Below are positions 38,324 to 47,914 of a stretch of 61,131 bases of DNA, piece by piece (position 1 is the first letter of the stretch; each line of letters begins with the position of its first letter). The stretch lies in IMG/VR virus record IMGVR_UViG_3300032284_003381, positions 1 to 61,131 of that record; one strand, given 5' to 3'. The notes beneath the pieces are model-generated. The model was not told the DNA's origin. It saw nothing but the letters and a program-made list of their open reading frames with translations, and made no database searches. The position numbers and the translations under genes were made by a program. The DNA is from a virus (lineage: Duplodnaviria; Caudoviricetes).

Positions 38324-39370
38324 ATGAAAAGATTTAAAGATTATTTAGTAGAGAAAAATTTATCAATTAAAGCTGAAGCAACATCTTCTTTTGATGACGT
38401 TGAAAAAGCCATCGATAATGCAATTGATAATTGGTCGCAAGATTTAAAAAAATCTCTTATAAATCCATTTCATATATCTCAAGATGCAGGCGAAGAAGGA
38501 GCAGAAGGAGCGGGAACACGAAGAGGATACGCAAAGCCATCATTTCATCGAAGTTTATGGGATAGATTTAAAAACACATTGTCAAATCTATTCTACAGTC
38601 GCTATCATTCCGACAATCCCTACAAATGGCAAAACGCTTTGGGCGATTACTTAGGGCAAAAAGTTCAGAAAGAAAATTTTATTCCTTTGCCTTTTCATTT
38701 GGAAGATTACCAAAAAATAGAAGAAATTTATAATTCATTAGAACAACAAATTAATGAAAATGATGATACAGAAAATTTACGATTATTTGTAATCATCAAC
38801 AAAAAAACACAAGAACTTAAAAATATCGTAAAAAATATCTTCAAAAGTTTACAGCAACAGCAACAACCACAAACTCAACAACCTCCACAAACCACACAAC
38901 CTGCCCCAGAAGAACCTGTTGCAGATAAAGGCAAAATAAAAGTGGGAACAGGTGGAGATTATGATCCTATTGGCACAGCAGAAATAGGTGGTGGAAATGT
39001 TCCAAAAACAACAATAAGCATTTCAAAAGGCGTTTATGAAAATGCCAAATTCTTAGGAGTTCATGATTACGAGTCCCCTGAATATGGACCCAGATTGATT
39101 TGGGAATGGAATATTCATGGAAATAATATAAGAACAGTCACATCCAATCGTGCAACTAAAAATAATAAATGTGGCAGAATTTATTGGAAAATAATTAATG
39201 AAATTCCACCCAAAAATATACACAGAGATAATGATAGATTCATTGATGAAAAAGAAAAAGAAAAAATTAACCAGAATATAAATAAACTTTACACCGTTTA
39301 CGTACATGAAAGTGCTACTGGCACGTTATTTGTAGACAATGTAAAAGGATCATCGGAATCCGATGAATAA
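38324..39370 (+). CDS. Hypothetical protein, possible internal head protein
   Basis: AAGGAG SD. N-terminus MKRFKDYLVE resembles the T4 capsid-targeting sequence. Contains a Q/P-rich linker. Confidence 0.7.
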   Translation: MKRFKDYLVEKNLSIKAEATSSFDDVEKAIDNAIDNWSQDLKKSLINPFHISQDAGEEGAEGAGTRRGYAKPSFHRSLWDRFKNTLSNLFYSRYHSDNPYKWQNALGDYLGQKVQKENFIPLPFHLEDYQKIEEIYNSLEQQINENDDTENLRLFVIINKKTQELKNIVKNIFKSLQQQQQPQTQQPPQTTQPAPEEPVADKGKIKVGTGGDYDPIGTAEIGGGNVPKTTISISKGVYENAKFLGVHDYESPEYGPRLIWEWNIHGNNIRTVTSNRATKNNKCGRIYWKIINEIPPKNIHRDNDRFIDEKEKEKINQNINKLYTVYVHESATGTLFVDNVKGSSESDE

Positions 39371-39757
39371 TTATTTTTGATTAGCCTTGGCAGCAAGATT
39401 TGCAATCATATCCAAATCAATATACTGAGAAGAATTTTGTGACAATATAGGTTCTTGATTGTCGTTTTCATGGGTATCTACTGTTTCAGAATATTGTATA
39501 TCAGATTCAGATTCTGACTCGGATATTACTTGCTCTTCTAAAATGCCAACAATATATTGCCATGAATAATAGTTTTTACATCCAGTAATATGATGTTTTG
39601 AAAAAACTCCATCTTCATCTAAAGATTCTATAATTCCTGTAAAAAAATCAGAAAACTGTTGGTTATCAAAATTCACTTTGTTGACAGTTGTTGTTAAAAT
39701 TGTACAAACTTTACCAACAAATGATTCTTGAAGCTTTTTAATATTAAGTGCTTTCAT
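39371..39757 (-). CDS. Hypothetical protein, possible Sm/LSm-like fold
   Basis: LQESFVGKVCTILT...FTGIIESLDEDGVF...YYSWQYIVGI with an acidic tail. AAGGA SD. Confidence 0.5.
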   Translation of the reverse strand: MKALNIKKLQESFVGKVCTILTTTVNKVNFDNQQFSDFFTGIIESLDEDGVFSKHHITGCKNYYSWQYIVGILEEQVISESESESDIQYSETVDTHENDNQEPILSQNSSQYIDLDMIANLAAKANQK

Positions 39758-39765
39758 ATTATTCC

Positions 39766-40824
39766 TTAATGCCAGATATCACTAAACCCAAAAAAATCGC
39801 CGATTGTACCAATTGGACCAGAGTAATCCAAAGGTTTTTGATTTTTTAGAACAAAATAATGTAACATTTCAACATTGTTTTTTATCAAAAATTCATTCCA
39901 ATCGTTGTATCCAAGAGGCGGCACAACATAGTATAATTTATCCTTGGTCTTTTTTGCTGTTTCCAAGGCGGTAATTACAGAACTCATTTTCATGGTGCCT
40001 GCTTTACCCGCTTTGTCTCTATCTAAGCACAAAACAATTCTATAGTCAGATAACATCAGTGCTTGTTTTTCACTCATATTTTTGCCGCCACAAGCAGCAG
40101 CATTAAATTCTGCCATTTTCATTGTAATAGCATTAAATTCGCCTTCGCATAAATAAACTAGTTCGCCAGCTTTTGGCCAATCTCCTGCCATAAAAACAAC
40201 ATCTTCTTTACCTACTCCAATTTCTTTGGGAGGACCAAGATATTTACATTTTGATTTGCCAATGTGTCTTGCGTTGAAATATATAAGCCTTCCGTCCTTA
40301 TCATAATATGGAATTATAATTCTGGCTTTATAACGATCTTCTGTGCAAATATACAGACCGTCAATTGGCAATTTTCTGTTTTGCAGGTATTCTTCAGCTT
40401 TTTTTCTCCACCAATTATTGGTTGCCAATTCTGAAATTAATTTACATCCTGTTGGCAAACTAATTCCAACAGGAGGAGCAACTACAAGAGGTTGTCTGTC
40501 TTCTTCAGCAAACATTTCCTCCAATTTTTTTTCTAAATCATGAATACTAGTCCTGCCAGCCAAAGTTGAAAGTGCATCTTCTCTATCACAACTGTCAACT
40601 AATTGAACAAGTTTAACAAGACTACCTTTTTTATCTGTTTTGAAACAATGAAAAACACCAAATTTACGTTTTTTCTTGCCACCGGCAGGGCTGCACCACA
40701 TATGGTGATTAGAATCATCTGTGAAAATTGAATTTATGCGAATTTCTTTACCTTTGACTTGGATATTATCCTCTCCAAATCTGTTGGTTGCCCATTTTAA
40801 AAATTTATCGTATGAAATACTCAT
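39766..40824 (-). CDS. DNA primase (DnaG/T4 gp61-like, TOPRIM)
   Basis: EEYLQNR, RIIIPYYD..GRLIYFNAR, KYLGP, CEGEFNA, LCLDRDKAGKAG and YNDWNEF. Confidence 0.88.
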   Translation of the reverse strand: MSISYDKFLKWATNRFGEDNIQVKGKEIRINSIFTDDSNHHMWCSPAGGKKKRKFGVFHCFKTDKKGSLVKLVQLVDSCDREDALSTLAGRTSIHDLEKKLEEMFAEEDRQPLVVAPPVGISLPTGCKLISELATNNWWRKKAEEYLQNRKLPIDGLYICTEDRYKARIIIPYYDKDGRLIYFNARHIGKSKCKYLGPPKEIGVGKEDVVFMAGDWPKAGELVYLCEGEFNAITMKMAEFNAAACGGKNMSEKQALMLSDYRIVLCLDRDKAGKAGTMKMSSVITALETAKKTKDKLYYVVPPLGYNDWNEFLIKNNVEMLHYFVLKNQKPLDYSGPIGTIGDFFGFSDIWH

Positions 40825-40825
40825 A

Positions 40826-40854
40826 TTGATTTATCCTAGATCTATCGCTATAAT
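40826..40854 (+). promoter_or_regulatory. Sigma70-type promoter for the PD-(D/E)xK nuclease
   Basis: TTGATT-17 nt-TATAAT, with the ATG only 9 nt downstream. Confidence 0.7.
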
Positions 40855-40863
40855 ATAGTTATT

Positions 40864-41658
40864 ATGACAAATCAAAACGAATCGCCAGATGATCGCTTAA
40901 TTTGCGAACACATGTCTGTTTCAAGAACACAGACATGGCAAGACTGTCAGGCAAAATACAGGTTTCGTTATCATCTCAAAATAATTCCAGATGTTCCAGT
41001 CCAACCTTATTTTGTTTATGGAAAACTCGTTCACAAAGTTGCAGAGGTTTATGTTCAAGAACAGGGCAAAATTCCAATTGAAAAAATTGCCTCAGATTGT
41101 CTCAATGGTAACATAGAGGTGGAAGAAGGTCAACCTCCGCCCATTTTAAACAATGAGTATAAAAACAAATTTCCTGAACATTTAAAGAACATAAAAAACT
41201 TAAATGACAGAATAGGATATGACGGAGAACTAGAATGGTCATTCAAATATGATCTTCAACCTCCAGACAATCATATCGTTGTTGGATTTATTGATCGCCT
41301 AATAATTCGTGGTGATAAATATTTTATATTAGATTATAAAACCACCAAAAAAGGTCGCTGGAGAAAAAACGCAAATACAATCAAAAAAGATTTGCAGCTT
41401 TGTTGTTATGCCAGAGTTGTTCAAAGAGAATTTGGAGCAAAACCAGAAAACATTAAAGCTGCATTATTTTATCTTGAGGGTAACGAGCTTATTACTACGA
41501 GATTCACCGAAGAATCTATGGCAAATGCCGAGCAAGAATTACACGATGCATACAAAGAAATTATAAACACACATCCAAATGATGTTTATGGGCGTGTTGG
41601 AGATCAATGTAAGCGTTGTGATTATAGAAGCATTTGTCCTTTTTATTCACTTACTTAG
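40864..41658 (+). CDS. PD-(D/E)xK exonuclease, Cas4/AddB/RecB-like with four-Cys Fe-S staple
   Basis: SVS..QTWQDC..KYRFRY, GKLVH, GFIDRL, ILDYKT, QLCCY and CKRCDYRSIC. Confidence 0.88.
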   Translation: MTNQNESPDDRLICEHMSVSRTQTWQDCQAKYRFRYHLKIIPDVPVQPYFVYGKLVHKVAEVYVQEQGKIPIEKIASDCLNGNIEVEEGQPPPILNNEYKNKFPEHLKNIKNLNDRIGYDGELEWSFKYDLQPPDNHIVVGFIDRLIIRGDKYFILDYKTTKKGRWRKNANTIKKDLQLCCYARVVQREFGAKPENIKAALFYLEGNELITTRFTEESMANAEQELHDAYKEIINTHPNDVYGRVGDQCKRCDYRSICPFYSLT

Positions 41659-42514
41659 GCAAAACAACGTAATCAATAGGAAACTCAATTTGAGGTTCAT
41701 TTCTATTGATAATTGGAATTTTTTGAGCCAAACCAGATTGACGCAATAAAAATTCATAACCTTTTTGCTGTCCCCAATATCTATGAATAACGCTTAAAGG
41801 AGTAAAATATCCTCTGCCTGTACCATTTTGATATTGTGTGCCCCAACAAGTGCCAATATAATTGCCATTGTCATCCATAAGTCCTCCCCCCGAACGACCG
41901 GGGCGAGGGCTATTTTTTTGAGTAACTAAATCATATCCTATAATTCCCAACATTTCGATGTCATAATGTGCGACTTCGGAACCCAAGTCGCTGCCACATG
42001 AATGTGCAGATTTACCTACTTTATATTCATAATTTTCTGGACCAATTGGAATATAATGGGGCTTCCAATCTGGAACGAAAGTAATTAAGGATGTATCCTG
42101 CCCCTCAAGATAACTATAAAAAACCACACTGGCATCGTAGCTTTTTGGATAATCTAATTTTTGATCATTTTTATACCAAACAATTATCTTGCAACGTAAA
42201 GGATTAACTTTTAATTGTTCAGCAGACATAAATCCTTTTCCCCATAAATGTCCACAAGAAGCGATATATGCTACATTTTTTAATTCATCATAATATACAA
42301 TTGTGCCAGAACCAGATGTATTATTTACAGAAATTTTTACAGAAGCAGACAGAAATTTTTTATATTCCGCTCCTCTATTTTCAATAGGTGCATTAGCAAC
42401 AATACCAACAGGAGTCTTTTCCAGAATTGGCATTGAATATTTTTCGGCAAAAACCGAAAAAGGTTGAATTAAAAATAAAGCAAAAAAAACCAATATAGAA
42501 ATTTTTTTTGACAT
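41651..42514 (-). CDS. Secreted trypsin-like serine protease
   Basis: Signal peptide MSKKISILVFFALFLIQPFSVFA, then SGSGTIV, His in ASCGHL, Asp in DTSLI and Ser in PGRSGGGL. Confidence 0.8.
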   Translation of the reverse strand: MSKKISILVFFALFLIQPFSVFAEKYSMPILEKTPVGIVANAPIENRGAEYKKFLSASVKISVNNTSGSGTIVYYDELKNVAYIASCGHLWGKGFMSAEQLKVNPLRCKIIVWYKNDQKLDYPKSYDASVVFYSYLEGQDTSLITFVPDWKPHYIPIGPENYEYKVGKSAHSCGSDLGSEVAHYDIEMLGIIGYDLVTQKNSPRPGRSGGGLMDDNGNYIGTCWGTQYQNGTGRGYFTPLSVIHRYWGQQKGYEFLLRQSGLAQKIPIINRNEPQIEFPIDYVVLPK

Positions 42515-42570
42515 TGCTACTCCTTAGCGATAAAGAACCCCTTTTTATATATATTACTCAGGATTAAAGA

Positions 42571-43023
42571 ATGGCGACATTAACTATATCTCACTACATT
42601 TATTTAACTCGTGAACAAAGATATGCTCTTCATGAAGGCAATAAATTAGAAGTGACTGGCGTTAGCGTGCCAGTGTGGTTCAAAAAAGGGAACACTTCAG
42701 AACCCGCTCAAGAAATATTTTGTAAATACACAATTTCTAACGATTCGTCATCAAATCGCTCGATTGTTCCAACAACCACTGGATATGAAATCAATCTGCC
42801 GCAAAAACTAAAATTCGCAAATGAATCAGTACCAGAAGAAACACAGGTAGTGGTTTCTGTATATTTAGGAACATCTGAAAGATTGTTGGATATAAATGAT
42901 GGAGGATCAGAGTGGTTAGAATTTAGACAATTTAGCAAAATTCAACAAGGAACGAACAAATTTAATGTTGTTCATTTTGTTGAAATAAAACCAATTGAAC
43001 TACTAGAAGACACATTGAGTTAA
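42571..43023 (+). CDS. Hypothetical protein
   Basis: 150-aa ORF with AGGA SD. Confidence 0.65.
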   Translation: MATLTISHYIYLTREQRYALHEGNKLEVTGVSVPVWFKKGNTSEPAQEIFCKYTISNDSSSNRSIVPTTTGYEINLPQKLKFANESVPEETQVVVSVYLGTSERLLDINDGGSEWLEFRQFSKIQQGTNKFNVVHFVEIKPIELLEDTLS

Positions 43024-43523
43024 GGGCAGTCTTTAAGAGCTAATGCCATTCTCATATTTAAAGAATCTCCTCCTGCAAATGTAATTGAATTTGACAAGGA
43101 AGATGATGCAATTAAAGTTCCTGAATTATCAGATGTACTAGCCATAAAGAGATTGGTGACTGGTCCATATCCGGCACCAGTTGCAGTAAATGTAATGATT
43201 TGGCTACTTGCCCTATAAACTCCACTTACTTCTTCAATTGTAAAACCTGATGAAGAACTAACTGCTGCTCTCAAGTAACCGTTTCCAGAAGGTTCACCTA
43301 CTAAGCTAGATAATGTGTCAGTAGTGCTTATAGTAGGTCTGGCGTCTAAACCAAAAAAATATTGACTAGGGATTGTCGCTCCAGCAAAACAGAGAGACAA
43401 AATAAATGATTCTCCTCCAACATGAAGAGTATTATATAAATTTTTATCTTCCCAAATAATTTTGTTGTTTCGAACATGTTGTATTTCGAGAATTTTTACT
43501 AAACCATGCCAATCTTTTTTCAT
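43020..43523 (-). CDS. Putative tail fibre-associated structural protein
   Basis: EPSGNGYLRAAV...ITFTATGAGYGPVTNLFM...GTLIA...GDSL pattern common in small phage tail proteins. Confidence 0.6.
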   Translation of the reverse strand: MKKDWHGLVKILEIQHVRNNKIIWEDKNLYNTLHVGGESFILSLCFAGATIPSQYFFGLDARPTISTTDTLSSLVGEPSGNGYLRAAVSSSSGFTIEEVSGVYRASSQIITFTATGAGYGPVTNLFMASTSDNSGTLIASSSLSNSITFAGGDSLNMRMALALKDCP

Positions 43524-44065
43524 GTTGCCTCTAATGAAATTGGAGTTTTTTTACCTGTTTTTGAAGAAAAAAATACTTTGTCAATATTAAATCTTTCGCC
43601 ATTAAATGTGTCATCACCAACATATTTGTTGCCAGTACCTTTTTTCAAATAAGCGATTGTCACATGAGGAACATAAAATGCATGATTTTGAGTTACCAAA
43701 AGCGAACTTTTCATTCTGCTGTTTAATTTATGAAGTCCTTCAGAAAATACATCTATCACTAAAACATCAAAATTTTTATTTTTAGTAAATAAAGATATTT
43801 TTCCTAATGTACAATCAATTTGTTTTTCGTCAATGAAATTTTTAGAAACTTGTTTAACATTAGATGTATGTATTCCATATATTACAGTGATGTGTATATC
43901 ATCTTCTCTGCCAAACAAAAAATCTTCTGAATTAAATAAAGTTTCATCAGGAACATGGTCAAATCCCCAAGAAATTATATTGTCAGTTAAATGTTCTGGA
44001 AGTTCTACCATCAAAGATGAATAGTCATATCTTCGCTCTTTATCCGAAAACTGTAGAAAATTCAT
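43520..44065 (-). CDS. 2H phosphoesterase, T4 gp57B/Acb1-like
   Basis: Two HxT motifs, DIHITVIYG and YVPHVTIAY. Probable start is the ATG at 44065 (MNFLQF). Confidence 0.8.
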   Translation of the reverse strand: MNFLQFSDKERRYDYSSLMVELPEHLTDNIISWGFDHVPDETLFNSEDFLFGREDDIHITVIYGIHTSNVKQVSKNFIDEKQIDCTLGKISLFTKNKNFDVLVIDVFSEGLHKLNSRMKSSLLVTQNHAFYVPHVTIAYLKKGTGNKYVGDDTFNGERFNIDKVFFSSKTGKKTPISLEAT

Positions 44066-44375
44066 CTTCGTCGCCTTTCTCTTCTTCTTTAGGTAGATTT
44101 CGGCGTCGTTGAATTTCATTCAGTCTATTTTTTTCCTTAAAAATTTCTTCATCAATCGCTTGAATCATACGCAAAGGATCATAACCATAATTAACTGCCT
44201 TTGATTCTCTTTTCTCTGCAACGACCTCTCTACGCTCTCTTTTTTTCTCTAAATGCTCTAATTTGCTCATAGCAATTCGAATATAATGTCTCACTTCAGA
44301 TAAAGCATTGTCATTAGGCGTGTGTGATAAAGCCTTCAACAGCAAAGATTTAGCTTCTTGTGTATTATTCTTCAT
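44040..44375 (-). CDS. Hypothetical helical protein
   Basis: 111-aa ORF overlapping both neighbours in the operon. Confidence 0.6.
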   Translation of the reverse strand: MKNNTQEAKSLLLKALSHTPNDNALSEVRHYIRIAMSKLEHLEKKRERREVVAEKRESKAVNYGYDPLRMIQAIDEEIFKEKNRLNEIQRRRNLPKEEEKGDEDEFSTVFG

Positions 44376-45312
44376 TGTTCAACCTTTCTATCCAGCGTAT
44401 TGGTGCTTCATTTGCGATAATTTGATATTCAACAAAGTCGCCTTCATGTAGATATTCTTGTAAATGTTTTTCTTCAATACGAACTTTCCAAATATCAGAT
44501 TGATTTTTAGTAGGCAGGTTTGCTAAAGTCACATGATTTGGGATCGATGCTTTAATACCCAAAGATAAATCCCTTTTCATAATTTCAAAATATTTACGTT
44601 CAGATAATGGTCTGCTCATATAAAGAGTTAATATCTTATTGTATTTTGGGTTACTTTGTAATTTATCAATTAGATCCTGCATGCTTATTTTCAACGAAAG
44701 TGGTGCTTGATCCTCAAATAAATTTTTTACCTTATATCCTAATGGTGTTGATTCATAAATAAAATATGATTTTCCCACATTTACTTTTGATTCGTTAACT
44801 ATCCAATCATTTTCTGGGCAAATTGCTTCAATAACTATTTCTTGACTTTTCCAACTTGGAATTTTTGATATTGCCAAATCAATGTTTTTAGCCATTTGAT
44901 CTAATACCAATTTAGATTCTGCCAAATAACAATTTGTAATTTCATCGACTTCTTCAGGACCAAATTTATTTCCATATAATTTTGCACAATATTCAAATAA
45001 AGACAATCTTATTTTGTCGCAATTTTTGTTGTTTTCCGCCCATCTGTTAAAAATTGAATTTGCATGACTTACTTTTCTAGAATCACCTGTACGAATAGCC
45101 ATAATTAATTCATTGGCTAAAGGATAGTGAACTTCAGACAACAACTTAGACATTTCTTGCAAATTAAGAATGTTTTTTTTAACTTCAGATATTTGATCAT
45201 TAGGCTTCAATAACAAACTAGACATATCTGCGTTCAATTTTTCTTTGTATTCATCTAAAATGATTACAATATTTGTACGAGATCTAGATTCAACATAACT
45301 TGTAAACGACAT
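44365..45312 (-). CDS. Hypothetical protein
   Basis: 315-aa ORF with GAGG SD directly downstream of the terminase. N-terminus MSFTSYVE. Confidence 0.7.
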   Translation of the reverse strand: MSFTSYVESRSRTNIVIILDEYKEKLNADMSSLLLKPNDQISEVKKNILNLQEMSKLLSEVHYPLANELIMAIRTGDSRKVSHANSIFNRWAENNKNCDKIRLSLFEYCAKLYGNKFGPEEVDEITNCYLAESKLVLDQMAKNIDLAISKIPSWKSQEIVIEAICPENDWIVNESKVNVGKSYFIYESTPLGYKVKNLFEDQAPLSLKISMQDLIDKLQSNPKYNKILTLYMSRPLSERKYFEIMKRDLSLGIKASIPNHVTLANLPTKNQSDIWKVRIEEKHLQEYLHEGDFVEYQIIANEAPIRWIERLNNEE

Positions 45313-45323
45313 TTATGCCTCTT

Positions 45324-47165
45324 TCAACTAAACAAGTGCAACAACGAAAATAACCAAACCCAACCAAATTCTTGCAATAATTTATGATTTTTTCTTTTAA
45401 AATTTGCCAATACAGACGGCATCTCTGAACTATCAGGAGCCAAAAGATCAGTTCCGTCATCAATAAGAAAATCCTCTGGCTTTCCTTCCATTAATTCACG
45501 CTTAATTTCTTCATAAACTTGATTTTTGAGAATTGCTGTAGCCTCTCTAGGAGTTTCTGCTCCCATAGGAACGTCTCGCAACATGGAATCACGAACATGA
45601 AGTGCTATACACATAGACATAATAGCGTCATCATGCTTGCCTTTTTGTGCTTGAGCTTTCTTAGTTACTGGATTATATTCAAAAGTTTGTAATTCCATTA
45701 CAAATCTAGCACTGTTTATTCTTACAGTTTGATTTAACAATCTATTTTGTAACGATTCAAGATATAAAGCACGATTTGTTTGTCCAATTTTAATGCCGGG
45801 CTTAGCATTTGCAGATTTTGTGTTCTCAAAATGTAAATTCTCATAAAACAAAGTATGCTGCAAAGTACTTAAAACTGCTCCGCCCGGACCCATATTTTCA
45901 ACTACTATTAAAGCATTGTTATAATAAGTGCCAACTTCATTTAAAACCTGTGCAAATTCATGAGGAACTACAACATTCGAATAAAATTCGGCAACCTGTT
46001 CCAATGTTGAAGTATCTATAATTTGAAAACATGAATTATCGTTGTTTTCACCTTGTCCTTCAGCGACATCAACGCCTATTATATATTCATGACCTTCGAC
46101 TGGTTCTTTCCAAACCCACATTGCACCTTTATTGTGCTCTTCTTCTAATTGAGATATGCGACCAGTTTGATTAACCCACTTAGGAAATAATTTTCTGCTA
46201 GGATAATTACTTCTGGTTTGCTCTGTAAGTTGCGTAATAACTCTGGCAGGAAAATAAGTTTCACCAGAACCAAGAAATTCACGCATGACTTCTTGTAAAA
46301 AGCCTTTTTCTCCAAGTTGGGCTTTTTGTTCTGCAATCCAATTTTCGTCGTTGTAATTTGGATGTTCCCAAAAATCTAAATCGATCACATTAAATTTATT
46401 TAAATTTTCTTTTGCATCATGGTAGGTTTGCTCATACCAGTTTCCAAGACCATTGACTGTTGAAACAAGCGTACAGCTACCACCAGTGCTTAGAATTGGC
46501 CACATCGCTTTCCAGTGCTTGTCCATATCTGGAATAAATGCGGCTTCGTCTACAATTAGAAATGTAACAGCTTTACCACGAGCGGCTTCTGGCGAATGGA
46601 ATTTACAGGCAGAACCTGTTTCCGTAAATTGTTTTAAGTGATCATTCCACTTTCCGTCTTTTTTGGGTTTTAGCCATGAAGGTAAATTTTCACACGCACG
46701 ATCAATCATTTGACCAATATCTGTGGCGTCACGATCTGTTTTGGAAAGCAACATAATTTGTTGATCCAATTGAAACATGCATCTCCACATTCCCCACAAA
46801 ATCGAAACAGTGGTTAAACCTCCCTGCCTAAACTTGGAAATAATGTTAAATCTGTTGTTTTCATAATCACGAATTACTTTTCTTTGATATTTAAATAAAA
46901 CAAAAGGAATTAATCCTCTCATGGGATGCAGAATTTTTACATATTTGTGGCAAAAATAAAAAAAACTATTGCAACATTTGATAATTTCTTTTTGCCGACG
47001 AGCAGCATCGTAATTTTCCGCATTTTCATATGGTTCATTCGGATCGATATCTAGCTCATATTTATCAAATTCGTAATATTGGGGGTCGTATTGGAGCTTG
47101 CCTGTGTCAGGGTCAATATTCCCACCAGATAAATAAAATTCTTTAAATGATTTCGAATTGTCCAT
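45324..47165 (-). CDS. terL: Terminase large subunit (T4 gp17-like)
   Basis: LFKYQ adenine motif, deviant Walker A SKFRQGGLTT, Walker B LIVDEAAF, STVNG, and nuclease motifs IGVDVAEG, VVENMG and HDDAIMS. Probable ATG at 47165. Confidence 0.95.
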   Translation of the reverse strand: MDNSKSFKEFYLSGGNIDPDTGKLQYDPQYYEFDKYELDIDPNEPYENAENYDAARRQKEIIKCCNSFFYFCHKYVKILHPMRGLIPFVLFKYQRKVIRDYENNRFNIISKFRQGGLTTVSILWGMWRCMFQLDQQIMLLSKTDRDATDIGQMIDRACENLPSWLKPKKDGKWNDHLKQFTETGSACKFHSPEAARGKAVTFLIVDEAAFIPDMDKHWKAMWPILSTGGSCTLVSTVNGLGNWYEQTYHDAKENLNKFNVIDLDFWEHPNYNDENWIAEQKAQLGEKGFLQEVMREFLGSGETYFPARVITQLTEQTRSNYPSRKLFPKWVNQTGRISQLEEEHNKGAMWVWKEPVEGHEYIIGVDVAEGQGENNDNSCFQIIDTSTLEQVAEFYSNVVVPHEFAQVLNEVGTYYNNALIVVENMGPGGAVLSTLQHTLFYENLHFENTKSANAKPGIKIGQTNRALYLESLQNRLLNQTVRINSARFVMELQTFEYNPVTKKAQAQKGKHDDAIMSMCIALHVRDSMLRDVPMGAETPREATAILKNQVYEEIKRELMEGKPEDFLIDDGTDLLAPDSSEMPSVLANFKRKNHKLLQEFGWVWLFSLLHLFS

Positions 47166-47258
47166 TAAAATTGCCTTACTGAATTTTTTAAATTCTGGGA
47201 GTTTGGATAAAATATATATCATCAAAACAGGCAAAAAGCAAAAATTTCGAAAAAACTG

Positions 47259-47287
47259 TTGATTGACTAAGTACATTCTTGTAAGAT
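47259..47287 (+). promoter_or_regulatory. Sigma70-type promoter for the ferritin-CYTH operon
   Basis: TTGATT-17 nt-TAAGAT. Confidence 0.55.
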
Positions 47288-47305
47288 TTTTTTATCCGCT
47301 TCCAA

Positions 47306-47749
47306 ATGAAAGGGCAGATTTTGACAAAAATTGAATTGATAGATTTATTAAATAACGATTTAATGAACGAATATAAGCACATGCACTTTTACCTATATCA
47401 TGCAAGTGCAATTACTGGTTTGCATCGTGAAGAACTCAGAGAATTCTTGTTAAAAGAAGCTGCGAGTGAAATGAATCATGTAACAGAATTTTCTGACCTG
47501 ATTTTTGGTTTAGGAGGAACCCCTACAGTTTTGGGCAATAATTTTCTTAAATTGGAAAATGCAAAAGATATTTTTCAATATGCTCTGCAAATGGAAGAAG
47601 AGGTTGTTATCAACTATGTAACTAGAATAAATCAATCTAGTTCGTTAAACGATGTAGATGGAAAATGGTTAGAAATTTTCCTTGAAAAACAAATTGAACA
47701 TAGTCGAGAAGATGTTGATCATTACAGAAGAATTTTGACAGGATTATAA
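47306..47749 (+). CDS. bfr: Bacterioferritin/ferritin-like protein
   Basis: LNNDLMNEY..FY..HA, EAASEMNH, LGGTP, ALQMEEEV and EHSREDVDH. The true start may be the TTG at 47321. Confidence 0.85.
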   Translation: MKGQILTKIELIDLLNNDLMNEYKHMHFYLYHASAITGLHREELREFLLKEAASEMNHVTEFSDLIFGLGGTPTVLGNNFLKLENAKDIFQYALQMEEEVVINYVTRINQSSSLNDVDGKWLEIFLEKQIEHSREDVDHYRRILTGL

Positions 47750-47913
47750 TGGGCATTTATGCAATTTCTATAGCTGCAATTCTTTATCTAATAACTGCAT
47801 ATTCTTGTTTTAAGCAAGCAGATTATCCTCATTGTTCTATGTGGATTTTTTATGCTTTGGCAAATTGTTCGCTAATTTGGTGGGAAATGGTTAAAACTTC
47901 CAAAGGACAATAA
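47749..47913 (+). CDS. Small two-TM membrane protein (54 aa), not in ORF track
   Basis: TAATG coupling to the ferritin stop. Translation: MGIYAISIAAILYLITAYSCFKQADYPHCSMWIFYALANCSLIWWEMVKTSKGQ*. Confidence 0.65.
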   Translation: MGIYAISIAAILYLITAYSCFKQADYPHCSMWIFYALANCSLIWWEMVKTSKGQ

Positions 47914-47914
47914 A

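Noticed and set aside
46800-46850. Terminase Walker A lacking GKT as a sign of inactivation
   Set aside because: KxRQxGx(S/T)T is a known deviant Walker A with the Lys shifted N-terminally, and all other motifs are intact.
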